Origin: an uncultured bacterium
GTDB lineage: Bacteria; Caldisericota; Caldisericia; B22-G15
DNA: 19,977 nucleotides
Assembly: GCA_965612865.1 (NCBI GenBank)
Contig: CBFDTJ010000021.1
Location: 1 to 19,977 of the forward strand
Direction: 5' to 3'
Part shown: in pieces, positions 1-9,375 of the stretch
Position numbering within the stretch: the first letter of the stretch is position 1
How the letters are laid out: each line of letters begins with the position of its first letter
Notes under the pieces: generated by a model
Told to the model about the DNA's origin: nothing
The model's database searches: none
Seen by the model: the letters and a program-made list of their open reading frames with translations, nothing else
Position numbers and translations under genes: made by a program

Positions 1-69
1 ATGATACGGCGACCACCGAGATCTACACCTAAGCCTTCGTCGGCAGCGTCAGATGTGTATAAGAGACAG
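1..69 (+). other. Illumina Nextera P5/i5 adapter (sequencing artefact)
   Basis: P5 (A)ATGATACGGCGACCACCGAGATCTACAC 1-28; 8-nt index CTAAGCCT 29-36 (as I recall, N/S508); TCGTCGGCAGCGTC 37-50; 19-bp Tn5 mosaic end AGATGTGTATAAGAGACAG 51-69. Confidence 0.99.
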
Positions 70-896
70 ATTTAATGATCCATAAAACTATACTTGATTA
101 TCTTAAATCTAAAATTCATCTTCTGGAACTTACCAGAGGACCATTTGTTTTAAACCTTGATGACCCCTACCATTCATTTTTTAAGGAAAAGAGAAGGGGG
201 AATCTCTTTTTTTATTCTAAAAGAACAAAGACCCATTTTTTTGTTGAAGAGAAGAAAGTTTTAGATGATGGGTTTTTATTCAAATTAAATCTTATGGGAG
301 AGAAAATAGATGTAAAGCTAAATAAAGAGGGTGATATTGACATAGCTCTTCCTGCTCTCTCCTTTTTAAAAATATTTTACAATGATACCACCTCTTTTGT
401 GGAAAAGGTTAAAGACATAAAAAGACCACCTGGTAGATGGGAAGTACTTTCTAAAAATCCTTTGATAGTGGTAGACAAATGTAATACTCCTCTCTGCTTT
501 GAAAAAATTATGGACCTTTTCCCTCTTGTTAGGAGAAGAATTCTTGTGTTTTCATTTTTTGAAGAAGAGGACATAAGAGAAACTATAAAAATCTTTACTA
601 TAGTAAGGAAACTATTTGACTTTGTTATAGTGACCTCAGACGATACAAAGACAAAAACTCCCTTTATGTGTAATAGAGATTTTATGAAACTTCTTAAAAG
701 ACATGATATCCCCTTTAAATTTATTGAAGACAGAAGAGAGGCAATTAACTATGGGGTAAAGCTTACAAATAGCTCTGATGGACTCTTCATTCTTGGAAGA
801 GGGGATGAAAGTTTTATGCTTATTCGTGGAAATAGGGTAAAATATTCTGATATAGAGACTGCAAAGGAGATAATTCATGGAATTAAGAGGAACTGA
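70..896 (+). CDS. murE: Mur ligase, MurE-like, divergent; 5'-truncated by adapter/contig end
   Basis: Directly upstream of murF. Segments align by eye to the MurE C-terminal half: (D)LMIHKTILDYLKSK ~ DHLDFHKTMEDYFEAK, VLNLDD, PPGRWE, IVVD..NTP, VIVTSDD, IEDRREAI, ILGRGDE ~ GKGHE. The frame is open back to the adapter, so ATG 75 is probably internal. Confidence 0.75.
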
Positions 897-2196
897 GATA
901 GCAAGGATAATAGATGGGAACTTTCACGGAAAGGATGCAATGATTAGGCATATATGCGTAAATTCTAAACTCTGTAATAGAGATTCTCTATTTTTTGCTC
1001 TTAAAGGAAAAAGAACTGATGGTCATCTATATATAGAGGATGCAAAAATTCATGGGTCCCTGGGCGCAGTGGTGGAAAAAAAAGTAAAAGAACTTAAGAA
1101 GTTTTTTATAATAGAGGTTAAAGATACACTCTCTTCCTTAAAAAAGCTTGGCGCATTTGTAAGAGACAGGGTTGATAATGTTATTGGGATTACCGGAAGT
1201 GCAGGGAAAACCACCACCAAAGAGATGATTTTTAGCATTCTTTCCTCCACAATTAAAACATTGAAAACAGTGGGAAATTATAACACAGAAATTGGCATTC
1301 CTATATCCATATTTGAGTACAGCAATGAAAAAATCTTTGTATCTGAAATTTCTGCTCAAACTTCTGAAGAGATAGAGGAAATTCTAAAGATGATCAGACC
1401 TGATATAGGAGTTGTAACAAACATAGGATACTCACATACAGAGTTTCATAAAGACCTTGAGGGTGTTTTTAAAGCAAAGAGTAAGCTTGTTTTATCTCTT
1501 CCAGAGAATGGAGCTTTGTTTCTCAATGCAGATGATCCAAATGTATTGAAAATGAAGGATATAAGAAAGATAAGAGTTGTAACCTATGGAATAAAAAATG
1601 GAAGCATAAAGGCAAGTGATATAGAAATGAATATAGATGGAACTAAATTTAGGTGTGAAGGGGAAGAATTTAAACTCAGGACTTTTGGGTATCCATTTAT
1701 TTATTCATCTCTTGCCGCAATCTCTGTTGGGCTGGAATTTGGGATATCCATAGAGAGGATAAAGGAGAGCCTTGGAAATTTCTCTCCTCTGTGGGGAAGA
1801 ATGGAAGTTGAAAAGAAAAATGGAGTTATCTTTATTAAAGACTATTACAACTCCAATCCATCATCTGTAAGGGAGCTAATATCAAGCATTGATAGAGTAA
1901 GAGGTGGAAGGAGAGTTATATATGTTCTGGGTGATATGCTGGAGTTAGGTGAAAAGGAAGAGGTGCTTCACAGAGAAATCGGGAAATTTATAACCTTAAA
2001 GGAAGATGATTTAGTTTTGACATTTGGAAATCTATCAAGATATATCTCTGAGGAAGTGGAAAAGAAAGGACTGACTAGTAAACACTTCAACTCAAAAGAC
2101 AATTTAAGAAAATTTCTCTTAGGAATTATTAAAGAGGGAGATATAGTGGCAATAAAAGGTTCCAGAGGGATGCGTATGGAGGAAATTTTATGCTAA
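877..2196 (+). CDS. murF: UDP-N-acetylmuramoyl-tripeptide--D-alanyl-D-alanine ligase
   Basis: LFFALKGKRTDGH, P-loop GITGSAGKTTTKE, GNYNTEIGIP, DYYNSNP, LGDMLELG, KGSRGMRME; dcw position. Confidence 0.95.
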   Translation: MELRGTEIARIIDGNFHGKDAMIRHICVNSKLCNRDSLFFALKGKRTDGHLYIEDAKIHGSLGAVVEKKVKELKKFFIIEVKDTLSSLKKLGAFVRDRVDNVIGITGSAGKTTTKEMIFSILSSTIKTLKTVGNYNTEIGIPISIFEYSNEKIFVSEISAQTSEEIEEILKMIRPDIGVVTNIGYSHTEFHKDLEGVFKAKSKLVLSLPENGALFLNADDPNVLKMKDIRKIRVVTYGIKNGSIKASDIEMNIDGTKFRCEGEEFKLRTFGYPFIYSSLAAISVGLEFGISIERIKESLGNFSPLWGRMEVEKKNGVIFIKDYYNSNPSSVRELISSIDRVRGGRRVIYVLGDMLELGEKEEVLHREIGKFITLKEDDLVLTFGNLSRYISEEVEKKGLTSKHFNSKDNLRKFLLGIIKEGDIVAIKGSRGMRMEEILC

Positions 2197-3149
2197 CTTC
2201 AGTTTTCTTCTTTCTCTCGTTTCTAATTTCTCTATTTTTATACCCTATCATTATAAAAATTCAGAAGAGAAGAGGAAAAGGTCAAATAGTTAGAGAGGAA
2301 GGACCAAAAGAACACCTGTTAAAAACAGGAACACCCACTATGGGAGGTATATTATTTTTACTAATACCTTTCCTTTCATATCTGTTCATTAAAAAGAATC
2401 CACTGGTTAATAACCTGTTTATATTTGTACTATTAGAGGGAAGTATAGGCTTTGTAGATGATATTTTAAAAATGACCAAAAGAAACTCTACAGGTCTTCT
2501 GGCAAGATGGAAACTTTTATTTCAAATCCTATTTGCAATACCCTTTATACTCTACATACAAAAAAGCGTAGGAACAAGGCTTCTTATACCTTTTTCTCTT
2601 TCATATATAGATTTAAGTTATCTCTTCATCCCTTTTCTTCTCTTTGTCATAGTTGGTGGAATTAATAGCTTCAATCTTACTGATGGCCTTGATGGACTTC
2701 TGGGAGGATTGTCTTTAATTCTTCTGCCTTTTTTCCTTATATTCTTCTCAGAAAAAGAACCATTATTCATTATTCTTATTGTTCTTTCGGGAACTCTTAT
2801 TGCATTTTTATGGTATAACTTTCATCCTGCACAGATATTTATGGGAGATACAGGCTCAATGATACTGGGATCTATATTCATTGGAGTCTCTATCATATTG
2901 AGAGTAGAGCTATTCCTTCCAATCTTAATGTTTATATTTATAACAGAAACTCTTTCAGTAATAATACAGGTATCATATTTTAAATGGACAAAGAGAAAGT
3001 ATGGGATAGGTAAAAGGGTATTTCGAATGGCACCTATACATCATCACTTTGAACTTATGGGAATACCTGAAGAAAAAGTTACCTTTAGATTCTGGGTTAT
3101 CCAGTTTCTCCTATTGATTGTATCTTTTCTTTTAATTGGAGGTAGTTAG
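2190..3149 (+). CDS. mraY: Phospho-N-acetylmuramoyl-pentapeptide transferase
   Basis: KTGTPTMGG, GFVDD, NLTDGLDGL, FMGDTGS, FRMAPIHHHFE; multi-pass hydrophobic protein. Confidence 0.97.
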   Translation: MLTSVFFFLSFLISLFLYPIIIKIQKRRGKGQIVREEGPKEHLLKTGTPTMGGILFLLIPFLSYLFIKKNPLVNNLFIFVLLEGSIGFVDDILKMTKRNSTGLLARWKLLFQILFAIPFILYIQKSVGTRLLIPFSLSYIDLSYLFIPFLLFVIVGGINSFNLTDGLDGLLGGLSLILLPFFLIFFSEKEPLFIILIVLSGTLIAFLWYNFHPAQIFMGDTGSMILGSIFIGVSIILRVELFLPILMFIFITETLSVIIQVSYFKWTKRKYGIGKRVFRMAPIHHHFELMGIPEEKVTFRFWVIQFLLLIVSFLLIGGS

Positions 3150-4520
3150 ATGGAGCTTTTAAATAAAAGAGTTTCAGTTATCGGCATAGGCTCTACCAAG
3201 TTTTCTGGTTTTTACGCTGCACTCCTTGCAAAAAGAGAAGGAGCAAAGGTCTTTTTAAGTGAAAAGGGAAACGAGGAAAAATTTGAAGACTTAATAGAAA
3301 ACCTAAAGAAAGAAGGAATTGAGTATGAGTTTGGAAAGAATTCTAAAAGAATCTTAAACTCAGATCTTATAGTCTTAAGTCCTGGAGTCCCCCTAAACAT
3401 TCCGGTTTTGAAAGAAGCAAGAGAGAAAGGGATAGAGATAATTGGTGAACTTGAATTTGGATTCAGATTTATAAGGGGAGAAGTTATTGCTATAACCGGC
3501 ACATCTGGAAAAAGCACAACCACAACTCTTACATATCTATTTCTTAAAAATTCTGGTCTACCGGTGACTATTGGTGGTAATATTGGAATACCACTCTCTA
3601 AAATTGTAATTGATGAGAGGGATGGAATATTTGTACTTGAGGTCTCCTGTTTCCAACTTGAAACAATAAAAAGATTTAAACCCCATGTGGTAATATTTGT
3701 AAGTTTCCACGAGGATCATTTGAATCGATACTCCACAATGGATGAGTATCTTGAAGTAAAGAAGAGAATCTTTATAAATCAAACAGATAAAGATTATGCA
3801 ATACTAAACTATGATGATAAGACTGTGAGAGACCTCTCCAGTAGTGTAAATTCAAGAGCTCTTTTCTTTTCAACAAAAAAGAAGGTGGCTGGAGCATATC
3901 TAACGAATGGAAAACTTATAATTCAATTTGACAATATAAAGAAAGAAATAATCGATTCCAGAGAGATACTACTAAAAGGGGAATTTAATATAAGAAATAT
4001 ACTGGGAGCATCTCTTGGAGCTTTTATTATGGGTGCAAAGGTTGATTCCATAAGAGAAACACTTAAGGATTTCAAAGGACTTGAACATAGACTCCAGTAT
4101 GCTGGAAAGATAAAAGGTATAACTTTTATAAATGACTCAAAATCCACAAAGCCTGAATCAACAATAGCAGCACTTTCAGCTTTCCCAAAGGGAAGAATCA
4201 TACTCCTACTTGGTGGCAGCAGCAAAAAGACAGATTTTCACAAACTTGTAAATTTTGCTGTAGATAGAGTAAAGTATATTCTTTTAATGGGAGAAACTGC
4301 TCCTGAATTTGAAAAGATATTTAAAGAGATAGGATTTAAATCTTACGAAAATGTAAAAGACTTGAAAGAAGCTGTTGAAGTGGCACTTAATATAGGTGAA
4401 AAGGGAGACTTCTTCCTTCTATCTCCAGCCTGTGCAAGTTTTGACATGTTTGTGGACTTCGAGGACAGAGGAGAGAAATTTGTAAAAATCGTGGAGGAGA
4501 TGAGTGAGAAAAAATCCTGA
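3150..4520 (+). CDS. murD: UDP-N-acetylmuramoyl-L-alanine--D-glutamate ligase
   Basis: SPGVP, AITGTSGKSTTT, GGNIG, LEVSCFQLE, GLEHRLQ, INDSKST, LSPACASFDMF..FEDRG. Confidence 0.96.
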   Translation: MELLNKRVSVIGIGSTKFSGFYAALLAKREGAKVFLSEKGNEEKFEDLIENLKKEGIEYEFGKNSKRILNSDLIVLSPGVPLNIPVLKEAREKGIEIIGELEFGFRFIRGEVIAITGTSGKSTTTTLTYLFLKNSGLPVTIGGNIGIPLSKIVIDERDGIFVLEVSCFQLETIKRFKPHVVIFVSFHEDHLNRYSTMDEYLEVKKRIFINQTDKDYAILNYDDKTVRDLSSSVNSRALFFSTKKKVAGAYLTNGKLIIQFDNIKKEIIDSREILLKGEFNIRNILGASLGAFIMGAKVDSIRETLKDFKGLEHRLQYAGKIKGITFINDSKSTKPESTIAALSAFPKGRIILLLGGSSKKTDFHKLVNFAVDRVKYILLMGETAPEFEKIFKEIGFKSYENVKDLKEAVEVALNIGEKGDFFLLSPACASFDMFVDFEDRGEKFVKIVEEMSEKKS

Positions 4521-5577
4521 CCTTGTTTTAATTCTGATGATACTTGCAATTTACATATTCGGACTCCTCTGGCAATTCTCTGCCTCATCTGTGGATTTTC
4601 TAAAATATGGAGAATTCACTTCCTTTAAGAAATATTCCATCCATGTAGCAATATCAATATTCGCTATGATTCTCTTTATCATAGTTCCATTAAAAACCGT
4701 AAAGAAATTTGCAAAACCACTATTTTTAATTTCCCTTCTACTACTTGTTCTTGTCTATATACCTGGTTTTTCCTTAAGAAGTGATTACAGAAGATGGATC
4801 ATTGTAGGGGGTTACTCCTTTCAGCCCTCAGAACTATTTAAACTTGCTTTAATAATTTATGCCTCGTATGTGCTATCCAGTGAATACCTTCTATGGAAAA
4901 AATGGCGATATCTTTTCCCTTTAATACTTTACTCCGGGATAGGAATACTTCTAATAGTTTTTGAAAAAGACCTTAGCACAGGTGCATTAACTTATCTACT
5001 ATTACTGTCCATGCTTTATATAGGAACATGGAATAAAAAACACTTTCTTGTCCCCTTAAGTGTTTCATTACTATTCCCTATTATAATTAAACTAAACAAA
5101 GCCTGGTGGGAAAGAATAATATATACTCTTCAACCATTTAAATACAATACAGATAAAAGCTATCAAATTGCACAATCACTTATAGCTATAGGTTCAGGAA
5201 ATCTCTTTGGAAGAGGGTATATGATGGGAAAACAGAAATTTGATTATATTCCTTATGTATCCAAGGATTTTATATTTTCACTTATATGTGAAGAGTCAGG
5301 TTTCATAGGGGGATTAATAATTGTAATCCTCATACTGGGTATTCTTATAAGGGGTTACAGGGTGTCAGTAAAAACAAAGGATCCCTTTATCAAATTTCTA
5401 TCCTTTGGAATCACTACCCACATAGTTTTGCAATCCTTTATAGTTATAGGGGTAAATATAGGACTTCTTCCAGTAACAGGTCTTCCGTTTCCTTTCTTAA
5501 GCTACGGAGGTACTGCACTACTGATAAATGGAATAGAGGTGGGACTGCTTATAAATGCATCAAGAGGAATTTCATGA
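4504..5577 (+). CDS. ftsW: SEDS-family peptidoglycan polymerase FtsW
   Basis: RRWI..GGYSFQPSELFKL, YQIAQSLIAIGSG, DFIFSLICEESG, PVTGLPFPFLSYGG; between murD and murG; GTG start. Confidence 0.93.
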   Translation: MRKNPDLVLILMILAIYIFGLLWQFSASSVDFLKYGEFTSFKKYSIHVAISIFAMILFIIVPLKTVKKFAKPLFLISLLLLVLVYIPGFSLRSDYRRWIIVGGYSFQPSELFKLALIIYASYVLSSEYLLWKKWRYLFPLILYSGIGILLIVFEKDLSTGALTYLLLLSMLYIGTWNKKHFLVPLSVSLLFPIIIKLNKAWWERIIYTLQPFKYNTDKSYQIAQSLIAIGSGNLFGRGYMMGKQKFDYIPYVSKDFIFSLICEESGFIGGLIIVILILGILIRGYRVSVKTKDPFIKFLSFGITTHIVLQSFIVIGVNIGLLPVTGLPFPFLSYGGTALLINGIEVGLLINASRGIS

Positions 5578-6593
5578 GAGTAATTATTGCGTCAGGTGGC
5601 ACCGGTGGACATCTATACCCTGCCATTCTCATTGGAAAAGAACTCGAAAGGATGGGAGAAAAGGTGTTATTCACTGTGGGTAAAAGAAAGACGGAACTAA
5701 GAATAGTGAAAAGCATGAATGTAAACTACAGGGTCCTCCCACTTGTTCCTCCATCAAATCGTTTTTTTCACTACCCTTCAATACTTCTCTCTTTATTTAC
5801 AGCATTTAGTGTAATAAAGGGATTCAAACCAGATAGAGTCGTGGGGACAGGAAGCTACACTGCATTTCCCATACTTTTCTGGGCTAAACTTCTTGGGATT
5901 CCAATCTATCTTCATGAACAAAATACAATACCGGGAAAGGTTACAAAAATCTTTGCAAAATACGCAAAGAAGGTTTTTATTTCTTTCCCTGAAACAAAAA
6001 AATACATTAAAAATGGGAAAACTGTTTTCACAGGTCTACCTGTAAGAGAAATTGATATTGAATCAGACTGTAGTAAACTATTAAGAGAGATGGAATTAGA
6101 TAAAAAGAAGCCTGTCTTTTTAGCCTTTGGAGGAAGTCAGGGCTCACATGTGTTACTCAAAATGCTTAAAGAAGTAGAAAAAGAAATTCAAAAGATGGGG
6201 CTTCAGGGAATAATTATAAAAGGAAATGTGGAACTCACTTTTAAATATGCCTTTCCTCATGTTTTAAAGGAATACATATACGATATGCCTTCTTTTTACA
6301 AAATATCAGACTTTGTAATAGCCAGAGGTGGTGCTTCCACCATATGGGAATTGATAAATGCAAGAAAACCTGCCATAATAATTCCAATAAAAGGAAATCT
6401 CCACCAGTTTAAAAATGCATTATTTTTTAAAGAATTGGGCGGAGGATATGTGGTCGAAGAAGAGGATATACAGTCGTTTATAAATTCCATATCTTACCTT
6501 CTTGATAAAAAAGAGGAGTTTATAAAGAATCTTAAATCTTTCAACATACCGGACTGGAGAGTGATATTGAATAAGGAGATGAAAAATGCTTAA
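5574..6593 (+). CDS. murG: Lipid I GlcNAc transferase
   Basis: GGTGGHLYPA, HEQNTIPG, TGLPVR, FGGSQG, RGGASTI.E, HQFKNA. Confidence 0.95.
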   Translation: MRVIIASGGTGGHLYPAILIGKELERMGEKVLFTVGKRKTELRIVKSMNVNYRVLPLVPPSNRFFHYPSILLSLFTAFSVIKGFKPDRVVGTGSYTAFPILFWAKLLGIPIYLHEQNTIPGKVTKIFAKYAKKVFISFPETKKYIKNGKTVFTGLPVREIDIESDCSKLLREMELDKKKPVFLAFGGSQGSHVLLKMLKEVEKEIQKMGLQGIIIKGNVELTFKYAFPHVLKEYIYDMPSFYKISDFVIARGGASTIWELINARKPAIIIPIKGNLHQFKNALFFKELGGGYVVEEEDIQSFINSISYLLDKKEEFIKNLKSFNIPDWRVILNKEMKNA

Positions 6594-7962
6594 TGTGAAA
6601 AACATACATCTAATAGGCATAGGGGGAGCAGGAATGACATCACTTGCAAATATTTTGGTAGAGGCAGGATACCAGGTTAGCGGTTCTGATATAAAATCCT
6701 TTTCAAAAAGTAAGGAACTGGAAAACAAAGGAGTAAAGATATATATAGGACATTCGCCTTCTAATATGAACAATGCCGATTTAGTGGTATTCTCTTCGGC
6801 AATACCTGAATCTAACGTTGAAATGATAGAAGCAAGAAAAAGGGGAATTCCACTTTTTCACAGAATGGATATGATAATTCTTATGTTTAGAGAAAAAAAT
6901 ATAATAGGAATTTCAGGTACTCATGGTAAAACCACAACCACAGCCATGATCTCAAAAATGCTTGTTGATAACAAAATAGATGCATCTTTCTATATAGGCG
7001 GAGAAAGCGAAGATATCCCTTTTGGGAGTCATTTTGGAAAGGATAAATATCTGGTTCTCGAAACAGACGAGCATGATCTATCTTTTTTAAAGATAATTCC
7101 GTATATCCCCGTTGTTCTGAATGTTGATAGAGATCACTTAAGCATAGATGGACCTTATAAAGGTGACTTTTCCCTTTTAAAGGATGCCTTTAAAAAATTC
7201 ATAGAGAGTAGCTCCTCCCATAAGGTTATACTATGCCTGGATGATGATTTTCTAAAAGAATATTCAAAAACCACAAAAACAGAGGTTCTATCCTTTTCCC
7301 TAAAGGATAAAAATGCCACTTTACTTGCCAAAAATATTGAAATTAACGGGTTAAAGACATCCTGTGACATCTTTTTAAATGGAAAAAATATTGGAAGACT
7401 GGAGTTAAAAATACCCGGAGAGAAAAACATTCTTAATGCGATGGCCTCCTTTCTTGTGGGATACCAGTTAAACCTCCAACCAGAAGAAATACTCTTCTCT
7501 CTTTCAAAGTTTAAAGGAACAAAAAGAAGATTTGAGATTCTCTATAATGAAAAATTCACCGTTATAGATGACCATGCAGATCATCCCACAGAGATAGAAG
7601 TTACTCTAAAAACCGTAAAGGAGGTCTTTAAAGATAGAAGAATAATTCTTGTGCTCGAGCCACATAGATATTCAAGGGTAGCTCTACTCTTTAAAGAATA
7701 CGCAGAGAGTATTAAGGAAGCAGACATTATTTTTCTTCTCCCCCTGGATCCAGCAGATGAAAGAGAAATTGCTGGTATAAACACAGGAAAAATCTATATT
7801 GAGACAAAACGTTTTTATCCAGATAAGAAAATATATTACCTTGAATCGGAAAATGTTATAAAAAATCTGGTAAACTTAATTAAGAAAGATGATGTTATTA
7901 TATTTATGGGCCCAGGGAGAATCAAAAATCTTGCCAAGGAGTTTTTAGGTGAAATTAAGTGA
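6586..7962 (+). CDS. murC: UDP-N-acetylmuramate--L-alanine ligase
   Basis: IGIGGAGMTSLA, GTHGKTTTT, ETDEHD, GTKRRFE, DDHADHPTEI, PHRYSR. Confidence 0.95.
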   Translation: MLNVKNIHLIGIGGAGMTSLANILVEAGYQVSGSDIKSFSKSKELENKGVKIYIGHSPSNMNNADLVVFSSAIPESNVEMIEARKRGIPLFHRMDMIILMFREKNIIGISGTHGKTTTTAMISKMLVDNKIDASFYIGGESEDIPFGSHFGKDKYLVLETDEHDLSFLKIIPYIPVVLNVDRDHLSIDGPYKGDFSLLKDAFKKFIESSSSHKVILCLDDDFLKEYSKTTKTEVLSFSLKDKNATLLAKNIEINGLKTSCDIFLNGKNIGRLELKIPGEKNILNAMASFLVGYQLNLQPEEILFSLSKFKGTKRRFEILYNEKFTVIDDHADHPTEIEVTLKTVKEVFKDRRIILVLEPHRYSRVALLFKEYAESIKEADIIFLLPLDPADEREIAGINTGKIYIETKRFYPDKKIYYLESENVIKNLVNLIKKDDVIIFMGPGRIKNLAKEFLGEIK

Positions 7963-8890
7963 GGATACTCTTTTGAAATTTGTTAAAGGTAAGATTATAA
8001 GAGATGCTGAATTAAAGAATTTTACTACATTTAAAGTTGGTGGTAAGGTTGACTTCCTGGTAATACCGCAGGATGAAGAAGATATAAGAATTACACTATC
8101 AATAGCAAGAGACAAGGGCATTCCCCTTTACATAATTGGGAATGGATCAAATCTTCTTGTGTCAGATGAAGGTGTTAGAGGAATAATAATAAGAATCTCG
8201 AGAGTAAACTTTAACAAGTTTAATCTAAAAAACTCTGTTCTTAAATCTGAAAGCGGTGTACTTTTATCAAAACTTATCTCCTATACTGTAGGTCAGGAAC
8301 TTTCAGGAATGGAGTCTCTCCTTGGAATCCCAGGTACCCTTGGGGGAGCAATAACCATGAATGCAGGAACAAACGGTTTTTCCATATCTCAAATTCTTAG
8401 AGAAATAAAGGTTATGGATAAAAATGGAAGGATTAAAGTGGTATCAAAAGAAGAACTGGGCTTTTCCTATAGGTCTTCCAAAATAATGGAGAAGAAACTG
8501 GTAATTCTTGAGGCAGTTATGGAGCTCAAAAAATTCAAGAAAGACTTGATTAACGAGAGCCTCAAGAGAAACTTTGAGAAGAGAAAAAAAACACAACCCT
8601 ATTCGTATCCGAACGCTGGATGTATCTTCAAAAACCCCCAAGAAAAACAGGCTGGGTGGTTAATAGAAAGAGCAGGATGTAAGGGTTTGAGAGTCGGAGG
8701 AGCAGAAGTCTCTACAAAACACGCTAATTTCATAGTAAACAGAGGGAACGCTACATTTAATGACATCGTTAAACTCATGGAACTTGTAAGAAAAAGGGTC
8801 CTGTTTAAATTTGGAATTGAATTAAAACCTGAGGTTTTAATTCTTGGAAGGGATGAAGGACTTCCCTTTAAAATGTTAGAACCATGGTAA
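7949..8890 (+). CDS. murB: UDP-N-acetylenolpyruvoylglucosamine reductase
   Basis: TTFKVGG, GNGSNLL, GIPGTLGGA.TMNAG, FSYRSS, AGCIFKNP, KHANFIVN; GTG start. Confidence 0.96.
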   Translation: MKLSEDTLLKFVKGKIIRDAELKNFTTFKVGGKVDFLVIPQDEEDIRITLSIARDKGIPLYIIGNGSNLLVSDEGVRGIIIRISRVNFNKFNLKNSVLKSESGVLLSKLISYTVGQELSGMESLLGIPGTLGGAITMNAGTNGFSISQILREIKVMDKNGRIKVVSKEELGFSYRSSKIMEKKLVILEAVMELKKFKKDLINESLKRNFEKRKKTQPYSYPNAGCIFKNPQEKQAGWLIERAGCKGLRVGGAEVSTKHANFIVNRGNATFNDIVKLMELVRKRVLFKFGIELKPEVLILGRDEGLPFKMLEPW

Positions 8891-9375
8891 AAGCAAAGAA
8901 GTACTTTACTTTAATTTTAATCGCTTCTGTTCTATTATTTGCTTTTATATACTATGCTAATTCCATTGGGAATATTCGAAAAAAAATTAATAAAAAGATT
9001 CCCTTTGTAAATTTAAAACTTGAGAAGGGAATAGTTTCTTTTGATAAAAATGGAGATTTTATAAAAAACGGAGAAACTTCTGGACTACCTGAAATCAAAA
9101 CTCAAGGAGAAAATTTTAAAAAACATTATGACGCTATAAGGGAACTTTCTTTCGTTTTTCCTCTTATACAGGATTTATTAAATAGAGAGGATCTTAAACT
9201 TCTCCTTGACCTTGATAAAGATGAAATTCTCGTGGAAGGAAATGGTTTTAAAGCACTAATAGGAAGGAAAAATATAAAAAGACGGATTGAAAATGTAATA
9301 ACTCTTATTCATAGGGAGAAAGTAAGCGGCTTCATTGATGCCTCCTTTGATAGTATGATGGTGATAGAGAAATGA
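8884..9375 (+). CDS. Short bitopic membrane protein, probable reduced FtsQ/DivIB
   Basis: Sits in the ftsQ slot between murB and ftsA; basic N-tail plus one TM helix; C-terminal GFIDASFDSMMV resembles the FtsQ YIDLRF-type end. Only 163 aa. Confidence 0.6.
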   Translation: MVKAKKYFTLILIASVLLFAFIYYANSIGNIRKKINKKIPFVNLKLEKGIVSFDKNGDFIKNGETSGLPEIKTQGENFKKHYDAIRELSFVFPLIQDLLNREDLKLLLDLDKDEILVEGNGFKALIGRKNIKRRIENVITLIHREKVSGFIDASFDSMMVIEK

